From: Histomonas meleagridis 2922-C6/04-290x
Taxonomy: Eukaryota > Protista > Parabasalia
DNA length: 64,000 nt
Direction: 5' to 3'
Assembly (NCBI GenBank): GCA_020184695.1
Contig: JAANOX010000087.1
Span: forward strand, 62,001-126,000
Below the pieces are notes generated by a model that had not been told where the DNA came from, made no database searches, and worked only from the letters and a program-made list of their open reading frames with translations. Position numbers and translations under genes: made by a program. Position 1 is the stretch's first letter; each line of letters begins with the position of its first letter. This document shows positions 45,694 through 57,342 of this stretch, in pieces.

Positions 45694-46772
45694 TTCAGAA
45701 TCTTTTTCTATAAACACCAAATCTTCATTTCCAATAATGAAGCATATATTACTAATAATCAAAATCAACTCGAAGATCAAATGTTCGCAGAAAACAAAAG
45801 TAAGAAAAGTATCAAAACAAAAATCAATATAAAAATACAAACATATGAAAATCATCAAAATTACAATATACATAATAATATTGTTACATATTAACAAATG
45901 TATTCACAAAGCAGATGGAAATATGAAAATACAATAATATATTATAAATTGCATTATAAGAAAAAAACTTCAAAAAATTGTTGATAACAACATGACAAAT
46001 ATCATGGTTGGATTTTTTATAATAATCAGTAGCAAGCGCATAAAATAGACATACTATTTACTAAAATAAATCTGAAAATTTTGATAATAATTTAATAGAT
46101 TTTTTGATTAACAGCTACCTTTGTGAGATTATATTCTTGAAGGTAACAGATAAAATTCATTTTTTATTAAGAACTGAGTTAACTTTCCTGAAATATTGAT
46201 TGCTTCCTAAATGATATTTATTTTTTAAGGTTTGATTTATTTGGGATAAATGCGCTTTTTCCCATACCTGAAATTTTTAATAAAAAATTGCATGGATAAA
46301 ATCAGATTTACAGGTTATTAAGTACAACAAAATTTTTGGGCTTAAGAAAAGTGGCATTTTTGGTACACCCCCAGAGATATATCACTTTTACGGTTATTTT
46401 GGTGGGGATTTAACGGTCGTTTGGAGCCATTAGTTTGTTTACATTGTTATAACACAAGCTGAGAATGCGAAATAATGTCTTGGCAAAGTAAAGATTATTG
46501 AAAATGTTTCTTATTTTTCTGAGAACAATAAATCAATGAATTAAAATATTTTTTTTTTTATAATAATATGAGCAATTTTTACAATAGAAACATTCTTTAG
46601 AATAAGGCAAGCTATAAAAATATTTAACTATTTTTATAAAAATTGCAAGTGGAAAAGTTTACGAAATCATGAGCTTATAAATAGCATTTACCTAAATTTT
46701 TTTTAATTTATTTTGAATTGTTTCTTTCCATTAATACCATATGAAGACGTTAAGACATTTAGCTTTGGAAAA

Positions 46773-47218
46773 ATGAACGGATTCACAACAGATTCTGTAA
46801 TAAGTATTTTTATTCAATAACAGTAGTCAATATCGCAATTTCCGATTTCTTTTCTTCGTTGTCAACAAGTCCAAAGAAAGCTGCAAATCTTTTCTTTGGA
46901 AATGGAGAGATGATTCTCACAAGAGTTGATGCTAATTCAAGACCCTTAAGCCAAAGGTTTGTGGGCATTGCAAGTGTTTATCAGTTTTTAAAGAAAATAC
47001 CTATAAATTCTTATTCATTAACTGATTTATGCTGGTTTCCTGAATTTGGGAATAGCAAAACAGATCGAATGATTAGAGTTAACATTGCAGGGATTTCGAA
47101 GGAAAATGTACATCAAGTTGAAGCTCCCTTTGAATGTATTTTCATTTTGGGTATCAACGATATTGAACAACGTGCAGGAATTCTGCGACTAGAAATGAAG
47201 TTTTATGGAAACAAATAA
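46773..47218 (+). CDS. NTF2-like small protein with a candidate 20-nt GT-AG intron (46804-46823)
   Basis: FFSSLSTSPKKAANLF...FVGIASVYQFLKKIP resembles NTF2. ATG 46773 joins in frame if GTATTTTTATTCAATAACAG is removed. Confidence 0.5.
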
Positions 47219-47500
47219 ATTTATGTGTATATTATTTTTTTTTCTTATTCATTTAACTGATTTTAAATTAAAATTGAATTTCTAAATATTAGTGTTTGCT
47301 CTTTTTATATGTGTTCACTTAATTAAGAGATGAACATTTTATAATATGAAGGTATAAACATTTTATTTTGGCTCTATTCCCAAAAACGGTACTTCTCTTT
47401 TAAAAACGAAGAATCTAATTTTGTATCTATTAATATGAAATTACTTAATTTATTGGAGCACATTATATTTAATTTAAGAGAAAAAAAATCTTAAAGGAAT

Positions 47501-47920
47501 TTAATTTAACATACTTTCTACACTCATCGATTCAAAATCACTACTTGAGATTGGTGTAACATTTATAATTTCTTCTTGCGTGTCAAAATTCATTCCAAAA
47601 CTTTCAAGACTATAATTTATTCCATTATATACATAATAACCTCCTTCAACCCAAACTTTAAGAATAGCAGAAAGTGGAAGTGTAATATTTATTGTTGGTT
47701 GCGATTTATATAAACAAATAATATTTTGTACAAAATTGACTTTAGTACCTGTATTAGGATATACATTAAGCACTTCGATACTTTTTGTCGTGTTGAAATC
47801 AAATGTACTAAGTATTTTCCAATTTGTACCATTTCTTTGCGAAAAAACAGAATATGTCAGGTCTTGACCTGATTGAGATCCTGTCCATGAAATCATTTTA
47901 TTATAATTATCCATTCTCAT
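47501..47920 (-). CDS. Hypothetical protein
   Basis: 139-aa ATG-initiated ORF, no recognisable motif. Confidence 0.45.
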   Translation of the reverse strand: MRMDNYNKMISWTGSQSGQDLTYSVFSQRNGTNWKILSTFDFNTTKSIEVLNVYPNTGTKVNFVQNIICLYKSQPTINITLPLSAILKVWVEGGYYVYNGINYSLESFGMNFDTQEEIINVTPISSSDFESMSVESMLN

Positions 47921-48039
47921 TTCATTTTGTTGTTAATTTGCTTTGATTTGCGTTTTGCTCACACTCTAATGAAATTATTAAATATTTAAATTATTTAAAA
48001 ACGCTTGAAACAAACGAAGAAAAAAATTCCCAAATCAAT

Positions 48040-49140
48040 ACTAAAATACTAACAGTTTTTACAGACTATATAACTGAAAACAATAAACAAGAATCATAAT
48101 ATATAATTAAGCAAATGATTGAACAAAATTTAATATCTAAAATTATTACAAAAAACATGTCATCAATATATTTTGTACATTATAAAACAGAAGAAGAAAT
48201 CAAAGCAATCATTGATAAGAATGATGCTAATCATCAGAATAAGTATGGTTTTAAAACTTTTTATCCTAAAGCAAAAACTTTTTTAGATAATTATAAAGAC
48301 CTTTCAAAGAATGATTGGGAATTACATAAAAAATATTTTAACAGGAGTTAAAGAAGGAATTAATCCATTCGAAATTGCAACATTTATTCTAAATGATAAT
48401 GTTTAAAAACTTCAAGAATAATCACAAACAAACAAAGTTTAATTATAATCAAAGAATTAAGCCATCGCTTTACGAAAGATGCTCATTTATTAATAATTTC
48501 AATGCTACACTTATTGATTATGCAGCATTTTTTGGATCAATAAAATGTTTTAAATATTTTAATATTAAATAAATCTAAATTAACAAACACAGGTAAATAT
48601 GCAATTGAAGGTGGAAATATTGAGATTATTTATTTATGCAAAATCATTCATCATTTAAAAATTCTTAGAAATTTTCAATTGGATTTCATAGAAATGAAAT
48701 TTTTAGATATATTTATGATAATAAAATAATAATAGTTAATAATTTAGAAGAATTAAAAATGAAATGCATTTTATTTTATAAATATGAAATATTTACTTTT
48801 TTACAAAAAGAAGGAATGAAAATTAACAATAAAATGGTTTATAAATCAGTAAGAATTGGAAATATCTTATTAATTCTTGAACATGAAAGAATGAATGTAA
48901 ATGCTTTTAATTATATCTAAATGCTGCCAAACAGAAATAGTTAAATTACTTTATGAACAAAAAGTAATTGATATCAATAAAAAAGACATTTATATGTTTT
49001 ATTTTAAAATTTATTTAAATAATATAATATATCATGATGATATTTGAAAATCCTATAAATATTTTAAAACAGCGCTTGAAATGGTAACTTCAAATAATCA
49101 CTAAGAAATTGTTAAATTGCTTCTTGACCTTGAAAATTAA
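48040..49140 (+). pseudogene. Degraded DUF3447-ankyrin paralog that retains one spacer block
   Basis: KDLSKNDWELHKKY, LIDYAAFFGSIKCF and KYAIEGGNIEII fragments with many stops and frameshifts. Block 48988-49068 decodes to DKNEKTAL. Confidence 0.85.
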
Positions 49141-49228
49141 GTAAAACGTGAAAATTAGCTAACAAAAAAAATTCAGTTTTAATAGAGTAAAAAAAAATAT
49201 TTATTCACATAATGTTATTTACAAATAT

Positions 49229-50680
49229 TTATTGCTCTTCAATTGTTAACATATTCCTTATTTCTTCAAGCAAAGAAGCAGCTTCTTCTCCTGTAACTTC
49301 AATCCCATTTAGTAAATCAACATCACTTAGTTGTTCCTTTGTTTGTTCGCTTGTAACTTCGCAAGTTAAACACCTATACAATGACTTCATGAATTCAAAT
49401 ACAATTTGTTCATCAACTGTGCACATAAAATCCAAAATATGTGGAATGAAGAAACCTGATCCAACAAGAAACTCAACAACGCCTTCATCACAGTGAATAC
49501 AGCTTTCGGTCATACTAAGTAATATTAACAATTTATCATCAAAAGGCGCTGAAACGAAAACTCGACTCATTGTATTAAAAACATCGTTTTCCAAAAGTGA
49601 TGGAACAAGGTGTGGACAGTTTGTAGCAATGCTATTTACAACATGTATAGAAGCACGGCTAATTTTAGGATCTGGATCTTTAATATATCTTACAAGATTT
49701 TTTAAACTAAGTTTTTCATGGAACTCTTCAATAGGACCTTCTCCTCTTGCAAGGGCTTGATAAAGAACACTTATGATAAGAAGAGAATGGTAAAGAGAGG
49801 TTTCTGTAGTTTCGTGGAAACCAAAAAGTGCTACATCGAGAACGTTAAATGGCAAATTGAGTTTGCATAAACTTGGGGTCCCCCGAATCAAAACATAAAA
49901 ACCGCCAAGAATATCTGAATAAGTGGAAGCGATTTGCCTTGATATGAGCTCTGAGAATGAAGAGACGAGAGTCATTTTCAGTGAAGGGGTAAGAATATCT
50001 GTACGGTACGCAATACGAGAAAGAAGCCAAGAACCAGATGATTCACGTATTCCATCATCTGAATGATCGATTTCATTAAATGCAACGTCAATTATTTGAT
50101 CAAGAGAGCATGATGCAATTGATTTTGTAGAAATAAGGTTCCCAAGGATATTAATGGCTGATTCATGAAGATCTTCTGGAAATTCAGGCAAAAGTTCGCA
50201 TAGGAGAGTTGGAAGATTTAGCTGAACAAAAAGCTCTGAGATCTGGTATGAATAATATGTGAATTGTTGAATTGATTTAAGAACTGTTAAGAAAAGTTTA
50301 TCATATGTGAAAATTTTAAATGATTTTTCGATTACATCATCATCACTAGCATTATTCATTGAAGCCAGTATTTCGGTTAAAGCTTGCGGAATTTCTTTTG
50401 AAATAAATAATTCAGAGATTGAATCATTTGTTGAAAGATTTGCTTCATTTGAGATATCTATAATTGACTTGATTAAATTGGGTTCATTGGGAGAGTTTCT
50501 CTTGAAACACTCAATAAAAAAATCGCACTTTGCAAGAAATGCTCCAATAATTGGATCAGGAATTTCTTGGCCAAAAACATATTCTTTTTTTTCTATTTCT
50601 TCATCCACAGACGTAATAAATTTTTTTTTCCTAGAGTCATATCTTATTTTATTTGGTTTCCTTTTGTATGCAACATCCAT
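49229..50680 (-). CDS. ARM/importin-alpha-like helical repeat protein
   Basis: Basic N-terminus and ARM-like segments (ESAINILGNL, LVPSLLENDVF). Confidence 0.6.
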   Translation of the reverse strand: MDVAYKRKPNKIRYDSRKKKFITSVDEEIEKKEYVFGQEIPDPIIGAFLAKCDFFIECFKRNSPNEPNLIKSIIDISNEANLSTNDSISELFISKEIPQALTEILASMNNASDDDVIEKSFKIFTYDKLFLTVLKSIQQFTYYSYQISELFVQLNLPTLLCELLPEFPEDLHESAINILGNLISTKSIASCSLDQIIDVAFNEIDHSDDGIRESSGSWLLSRIAYRTDILTPSLKMTLVSSFSELISRQIASTYSDILGGFYVLIRGTPSLCKLNLPFNVLDVALFGFHETTETSLYHSLLIISVLYQALARGEGPIEEFHEKLSLKNLVRYIKDPDPKISRASIHVVNSIATNCPHLVPSLLENDVFNTMSRVFVSAPFDDKLLILLSMTESCIHCDEGVVEFLVGSGFFIPHILDFMCTVDEQIVFEFMKSLYRCLTCEVTSEQTKEQLSDVDLLNGIEVTGEEAASLLEEIRNMLTIEEQ

Positions 50681-50882
50681 TTGTTGATGATGAACGTTTA
50701 TTATTTTTTTTCACCAAAATTTGAAAAAAGTCTTAATTCTGATGATGAATCATTAAGTAAATTTCCATTTACTTCTACAATAGCTTCAGCTGGTAAAAAG
50801 AAATTAAAACAAATAATGAATTTGTTTCATTCTTCGCAAATTCACAAAGTTCGTTCGATTTTTGATGGCGATGATATTTTAC

Positions 50883-51965
50883 TCAGAAGAGAGCCTTGCC
50901 TTTAAAGTGATTCTTGATTGCTGCAAATGGCCAAATGCCAAGCTTGCCATCATTAGAGCATGTTGTGAATTGATCTTTGACAACACGAATTCCGAGAATG
51001 ATATTGTTGTGGATACCTTCGCTCTTGGTGACGGCCTTTCCACCGAAAGCAGCAGCCTTTGAAGCGAATCCACTTGATGCTGCTCCTGATGCCTTTTCAC
51101 GAATTTCTGGGATATCAATTAATCCAAGATCAGTCCAGTCATCTCCTTCCAAAACAAAGAGACGTGGAGCACAATCGAACCCACCACCAACTAAAGCCTT
51201 ATTGCTGATAAAGCAAAGGGAAAGTAATGGGAGACCATTGATATTATGTTGTCTAACTGGAGCATCCTTCTGATCGATTTCGCTGGCTTTGATGAATCTA
51301 ATGTATGAATCTTGTGAGGTAAAAGCTATCCATTCACCATCTGGAGATCTTGCTGTTGCATTGCACCATCCTTGGCATGAGTATGTTTGAAGTGCGTACT
51401 CCAATTTCTTTCCTCCGCCACTTGCCTTCTTAGCTTCTTTGTCGTCAGTTGTGAAATATGTCATATGACGATCAGTGCAAGAGCAAATAACATGTTCACC
51501 ATCTGGCATGAAGTCAACTGTGAGTGATGTTGGGTGCTTGTGATCATATGTTCTTGATTGCCACCAATTTTGAGCTGCGTCGTATTGGCAAACACGTAAT
51601 TTCTTAGATCCTGTTGCGCAAACAAACTTTGTGCCATCTGGTGACCATCTAACAAATGTAGCTGCTCTATCTAACTTAAGAAGAACCAATTGTTTCTTCC
51701 ATTCTTTCTTATCATCAGATAATTTCCAAACGTAAGCATTACGATCATGGGAGCATGTAACAATTGAATCATCGACTGGGTTCCAGTCGCAGCTGCTGAT
51801 GAGTTGAGTGTGTTCTTTGAGGGTATAAACAAGTTCTGTTGTTTTGCCATTAACCTTGTAAATCAAAAGATCTGAGGTATTGGGGCAAATAGCAACCATT
51901 GTTCCATCCTTGTTCCAGGCATGGCAGGAGATTGGTGCATCGCAGAAATCAAGGGAGTAAGCCAT
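50883..51965 (-). CDS. ARPC1: Arp2/3 complex subunit 1 (p40/Arc40)
   Basis: ISCHAWNKDGTMVAICPN, IVTCSHDRNAYVW, VRWSPDGTKF and GGGFDCAP motifs. Confidence 0.93.
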   Translation of the reverse strand: MAYSLDFCDAPISCHAWNKDGTMVAICPNTSDLLIYKVNGKTTELVYTLKEHTQLISSCDWNPVDDSIVTCSHDRNAYVWKLSDDKKEWKKQLVLLKLDRAATFVRWSPDGTKFVCATGSKKLRVCQYDAAQNWWQSRTYDHKHPTSLTVDFMPDGEHVICSCTDRHMTYFTTDDKEAKKASGGGKKLEYALQTYSCQGWCNATARSPDGEWIAFTSQDSYIRFIKASEIDQKDAPVRQHNINGLPLLSLCFISNKALVGGGFDCAPRLFVLEGDDWTDLGLIDIPEIREKASGAASSGFASKAAAFGGKAVTKSEGIHNNIILGIRVVKDQFTTCSNDGKLGIWPFAAIKNHFKGKALF

Positions 51966-52801
51966 TGCAAATGAAGCCGACGGTTTATTTACTTTTTCTT
52001 ATAAATTTCATGTAATGTCATATGAAATGGACTTTGTGTGGTGGTGAGGTTTTCAATTTTTCAAAGGTTAATATTTTACAATCATGAAGACAGTAAGTTT
52101 TTATGGAAGAAATAGTATAAAAGCTTATTTAAAAACCATAAACACCAGATAAAAAATAAATAGAAAGCTTAGAGAGTGTAATTCGTATATGTTCTCTATA
52201 ATATTTTTAGAGAAAAAATTTGTAAAAATGCTATTTCAATATTCCTATATTCTTTACGAAAAAAAAACTAGAAATCATTGTTTGTAACAAAATTTATTTG
52301 AGATGTCATTTGGACAATTATTTGAAGTTTGCAAAAAAAGAGATTTTTGCCAACAGAAATTTGAATATAACCGTTTAAAATGTATTTTACAGTTTTCTGT
52401 AAAAAATTAAACCTTAAAAAATCAAGTCGAAGAAATTTGTTTGTTTTAATAATGTATAATTTCTATTCCCTATTATATGCATTTGTGATATCCAGAAAAT
52501 AATGTCAATATTACTTAAAAAGAAATATATGTGATCAAAATTTTCTCAGCAAAATGGATAAATTTTACACATCGTTTACCAATGTACTTAAGTTGAGACT
52601 CATTTCATTCACCAAAAACATTGTTTTCCAAATAAATTCTGGTTTCACAGTTTGTACAGCAATTTTTCATCGACAAAAACTTTTTCAATTTATTTATCGC
52701 GTTCACATGTTAACATCTTAAAAACGAATAGAAATCTAATCTAACATTTATTCAAACATTTAATTTTTTTTTCCAAGTGAATTCCAATTGGAATCGCAAT
52801 T

Positions 52802-53863
52802 TTATTTCTGTATAATCAATTGGAATTCGATGTTTTCGTTATCCAATGGTACATCTGGTGATTCTTCTATCATAATCTTATCCAAGTCTTTGACTCTATA
52901 CTTGGAAGCAGCCACTTGTTCTTCGATTAGCCACAATGGCAATATCACTCTTCTGTTATTTTGTTCATTCGTATCAAGTGGATAAAACTCCTCAACAACA
53001 ATCTCATTCTCATTCACAGATAAAATCGAAGCGCTATTATTACATCCACAATAATCACAATTACTAAAAATTGTATAACAGATTTCTGTTTTGAATGGGA
53101 GGTTAAATCCGTTTTGACACATTTGATGAGACCTTATCAAAATTTTCAATGAGTTCTCTCTCAAAAATTTCTGAAGAACATCTTCACCATAAAACGCGCC
53201 AACTCCGCGCGTGTTCGGGGCAAAGCCATGAATTGTAGGGCTAGGGTCACTCCACAATAAATCTGATATTATTTTGTCTTCATCAATATCTTCTATTTTT
53301 GATTTTTGTGAAAGATCTGTTATCGAATGTAAATCTTGTGATATCCCTCCATGAACACAAAAAATATGTTCGTTAACAATGGCAACAATTGGGAGGTATT
53401 GAAATAAGTCTGTGAATTCATGATATAGAATTACATTGTATTTTGAACAACATTCCCTAAAAAATCCATACATTTTTGGTATTATTGCGGTCTCATGATT
53501 CCCTCTAAGGAGATAAATAGAATTGGGATACTTTGCTTTGAGTGATAACAATAAGATTAATACTTCAATTCCAAATTTCCCACGATCAATGTAATCACCT
53601 AAAAATAAATACTTGGTATATGGTGGATATCCTGATTTCTCAAATATCCGAAGAAGGTCATCTATGTTTCCATGAATATCGCCGACTATTTTAAGTTTGG
53701 CGTTGAGATTTAAAACAATTGGTTCATCTTTTAAAATTGGTTTAACATATGAAACTAAATCAACGATTTTATCATAACAAATTAGTTTGTTGATAGGTTT
53801 GCAATTGCCAGTTCGCGATTGAAGAACCTGGTAAATTAAATCATTCATAATAGAGTCCATCAT
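52802..53863 (-). CDS. PPP-family Ser/Thr protein phosphatase
   Basis: GDIHG, GDYIDRG, RGNHE, HGG, WSDP and RSHQ motifs. Confidence 0.93.
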   Translation of the reverse strand: MMDSIMNDLIYQVLQSRTGNCKPINKLICYDKIVDLVSYVKPILKDEPIVLNLNAKLKIVGDIHGNIDDLLRIFEKSGYPPYTKYLFLGDYIDRGKFGIEVLILLLSLKAKYPNSIYLLRGNHETAIIPKMYGFFRECCSKYNVILYHEFTDLFQYLPIVAIVNEHIFCVHGGISQDLHSITDLSQKSKIEDIDEDKIISDLLWSDPSPTIHGFAPNTRGVGAFYGEDVLQKFLRENSLKILIRSHQMCQNGFNLPFKTEICYTIFSNCDYCGCNNSASILSVNENEIVVEEFYPLDTNEQNNRRVILPLWLIEEQVAASKYRVKDLDKIMIEESPDVPLDNENIEFQLIIQK

Positions 53864-54614
53864 TTTTCTGATTTCAGAAAATGAAACACTTTATTTGAAT
53901 TTTCTGAGGTGAATAATGGTTTTCTGAGCAAGAAGCATCGTTTTCAGAAAAACCTTTGGCCAAATAACCGTCTCACGATCTTCAGCGATAAAATTAGACA
54001 ATTTATTGACAGTTATAGTTGTTTTGTGTTTTTGTGTGAAGAAACGAATTCGATTCGATTAAAGTCTTAGTACGAGAAAAAATCATGTTTTAAAATTTGA
54101 TTGACAAATTTTGATTTATTGCTCAAATAAATCCATTTAGTATCCTTTATTCATTACCTTCTTAGTTAGTATGAACTTGTTCTTTGAAAAAAACTGTGTG
54201 GATACTCGTTAAAGCTTTTGTTCAATTACATATAACAAATTCAACTATTTTTTCATTTCAAATCAATTATTCCAAATAAAATTCCTTCAACACATATCTC
54301 ATCTTAAAACAAACGCAAAGTTCATGTTTGAAACAAGAATATTCTAATAATGATTTCAATCAAAATTTTTTATTTAAATCCTTAGAATGGTATAGGATCA
54401 AATGCTTTATTGTAACAATTAGTTTATTATCTAAATTTTACAAGGCAATTCAGATAGTACATCACCTTTTCAGCGTTTTTTTTCTTTAAATTTTTGAAAT
54501 CACAAATTTAACAAACGGTTACTCAAATTTATGCCACAAATTTTGAATTGTCCACTTCATTTTTCATTCAATTTCATATTTAACACATCAAAAAATCACA
54601 TCAATTCTTTTTGT

Positions 54615-56639
54615 TTATTTCAATGTTTCAAGAATCGATTTCGCGAGTTTTTCATGGAGAAGTGTCGTGAACACGTAAACGCCACCATGTTCGAAGCAGT
54701 CTGGTGAGCTAGGAACGATTAATGATCCATCAGCACCATCAACTGCTTCACCAGTCGGCATGTTTCCATAAGCGGCATATCTCACCATCCAATCCAAGCG
54801 ACTTTGATAATCAATTCCTAACGCATCTTCGGACCAAGCAGCATAAGCAGTAACTACTGACCAAACAGGCTCAGCTTGCGAAGCTTCTTTTATTCCTTCA
54901 CCGCATGGGTTCCAAGCCGAGTCATAGAAGTAAGGATCATTTTCATATCTCGCTAATCCACTACCCAAGTGAGTTAATTTTGATACAATATAATTCAAAT
55001 GACTATGAGCCATTTCGCCAGTAATCATACCAGTGAATATGGTTGACAATGTTGCAGATTCAGCTCTAGTGTCAGGCTCGAAGTTATCTGCCCATCTTCC
55101 CCTATAAAATCGCTTTTCTTCTTCGTCCCAAAGGTATTTAATTGACGCATCTTTAATTTCATTTGCGCGATTCACCAAAACTTCAGCTTCATCACTTGAA
55201 CCGAAAACTTTTTCAAGTTTCGATAATGCGATTAATCCTCCATAAGAACATCCTTGCGTGAATGGGTAATATTGTTCAGCGATTGGTTCCTTTGTATGAT
55301 GATCAGTTGATTCTTCCCACGGCGCTCGATCTGACGGCCCTAAGTTATGTTTGTACGCATGACTCTTTAACAGCTGTGCCAATCTTCTTGCTGACGAAAG
55401 CTTTTCTTTGACCCATGAATCATCGCCGAAGCATTGGTAATGATAATTCAGCGCCATCAATATTAACCCGTTTGCGTCATATTGCGGCTCAACAAACCCG
55501 ACAACATCGCCTGTGATAGTGCTATAACACGTGTGGAATCCTCCTTTCGAGTCGAGTTCTGCTGTCATCGCCCAATCCATAAATAACTTAAACTCTTCGT
55601 GGTGCCCGGCAGTGTCGAGCATGAAAGCGGCCATTGAAGCGTCGCGCATCCAGTTCTTATACTCATATTTGACATGTAACGATGACGAAATTGGTCCGAC
55701 TTTTGGGTTCTGTGAGTTCTTTAAGACTAACAACGACTTGTAGTATAGGTCTAAGTGGTCGCCTTCGATGTTTGGGATAATTCCAATATCATACCATTGT
55801 TGGATGACTGATTTGGTCTGCGCGATAATTGCGTCCATTCCGAGCTCTTTGGCTTCTGCTGCGAGAGATACAGCATCATCGATATTACGGCCGAAGCATC
55901 TGACTGATGAAATTGAAACTGCAGAATTAATGTCGACATTGAGTGTGTAAAGTGCGCCATATGAAACAGATGTGCCATTGAGCGACGTGGCTCCTTCAAT
56001 GGTGCCTTTGTCTTGGAACATCTTAAGAACATTTGTATCAGATGTCCAATCGCTAGACCCAATTGCGACTGTGTAACTGTCAGATGGAACTAATTGCGAA
56101 ATGACAATCGACGCGCGATCCGTTTGTTGTAATTTGCAGATTCCTTCTTCACATGTGGCAACCGTTTCACCAGCCGTCAATAAAAAGTCTAAAATTTTAA
56201 CTTCGTGCTCTTTGCCGTCCGTTGATTGCACTGTGTACTTAACGGCGTAATATGTCGTGTGTGGGATATTGTATATTGAGCGGCGGATTGATATCGGGAG
56301 TGTGTTGTAGTTGTACGTTGTGTACTCGACCCAAAGTTCGCCATCGGCTTCTTGGACGCAGCCGCCTAAGTGAGTGCTGTTAAGTTTCATTGGATCGCCA
56401 TAGACAGTTCCATCAATTGACACAGCAAATGAATCATCAGTTAATACACTCGTAGAAAGGTCATCGAATAAAACAACTTTCTGAACACCAGGACGATACT
56501 CTGGTGGTACAGTCCATGAATTTTGGGAGCCTGACCAGTAGCCAATCATTGTGTTGCGCTTGTCCCAGTTGTTGATCCACCAGCCGGGTATTGCCCGATC
56601 TGTTGCTGAGAGAGCCACAGAAAGGAAGAGAGAAAACAT
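54615..56639 (-). CDS. Secreted GH15 (glucoamylase-like) glycoside hydrolase
   Basis: Signal peptide MFSLFLSVALS. WMRD, QYDANG and PWEE motifs, plus C-terminal MPTGE in an (alpha/alpha)6 pattern. Visibly GC-richer than the flanks. Confidence 0.75.
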   Translation of the reverse strand: MFSLFLSVALSATDRAIPGWWINNWDKRNTMIGYWSGSQNSWTVPPEYRPGVQKVVLFDDLSTSVLTDDSFAVSIDGTVYGDPMKLNSTHLGGCVQEADGELWVEYTTYNYNTLPISIRRSIYNIPHTTYYAVKYTVQSTDGKEHEVKILDFLLTAGETVATCEEGICKLQQTDRASIVISQLVPSDSYTVAIGSSDWTSDTNVLKMFQDKGTIEGATSLNGTSVSYGALYTLNVDINSAVSISSVRCFGRNIDDAVSLAAEAKELGMDAIIAQTKSVIQQWYDIGIIPNIEGDHLDLYYKSLLVLKNSQNPKVGPISSSLHVKYEYKNWMRDASMAAFMLDTAGHHEEFKLFMDWAMTAELDSKGGFHTCYSTITGDVVGFVEPQYDANGLILMALNYHYQCFGDDSWVKEKLSSARRLAQLLKSHAYKHNLGPSDRAPWEESTDHHTKEPIAEQYYPFTQGCSYGGLIALSKLEKVFGSSDEAEVLVNRANEIKDASIKYLWDEEEKRFYRGRWADNFEPDTRAESATLSTIFTGMITGEMAHSHLNYIVSKLTHLGSGLARYENDPYFYDSAWNPCGEGIKEASQAEPVWSVVTAYAAWSEDALGIDYQSRLDWMVRYAAYGNMPTGEAVDGADGSLIVPSSPDCFEHGGVYVFTTLLHEKLAKSILETLK

Positions 56640-57342
56640 TTGACCTGATAATTCATCAACTCAAAGCGATCGGACTTTACACAGTATGAAAATGTAATTT
56701 TTGGATTAACAATTTGATATAATTATTTGATTATATGTTTATAAGGTATATAATTTATGGTTATTAGTTGTTTAAATTTATGTTCGAATATATTTGATGT
56801 ATTTGAAGAAAAATCGATTTGATCGGAAATTTGGGAAAGCGGTTAATGAACTTCCAAAAAAAATGGAAACAGTTCACATCACCAAACAAAAGCGCATGTC
56901 AAATAGATGGCAAATTGAATTGAATTAGGAAATAAATAAAAATTAAAATAATATTTTATATATTTTATATTTTTTAATAAGTTCAATAAATAAATCTATT
57001 TTTAGACTTTAAATAATATGAATATATAAAAAAACAAGGATATCGCACCTTATTATTTCAGATTGATTGTCTTTCCCATTATAAATAAAGTATATCGAGA
57101 TACGTTCAAATCAACTTTTATTGCATATATATGTACTTTATGATAAATAGTAATATTTTCTTGGAAACATTTTTCGTAATTTCACATTTTCTCCAAAACG
57201 TACATAAGAAATTCAAAGAAAATGTGTTCATAGATATTTGAAGGTATGTCATACCTCTATCTATGAAATAAGTTTCAAGAAATTTCGCTTCGAAAAAATT
57301 TTTTTGACTGCACCTCTATTGAACGTTAAATCATACCATTGA

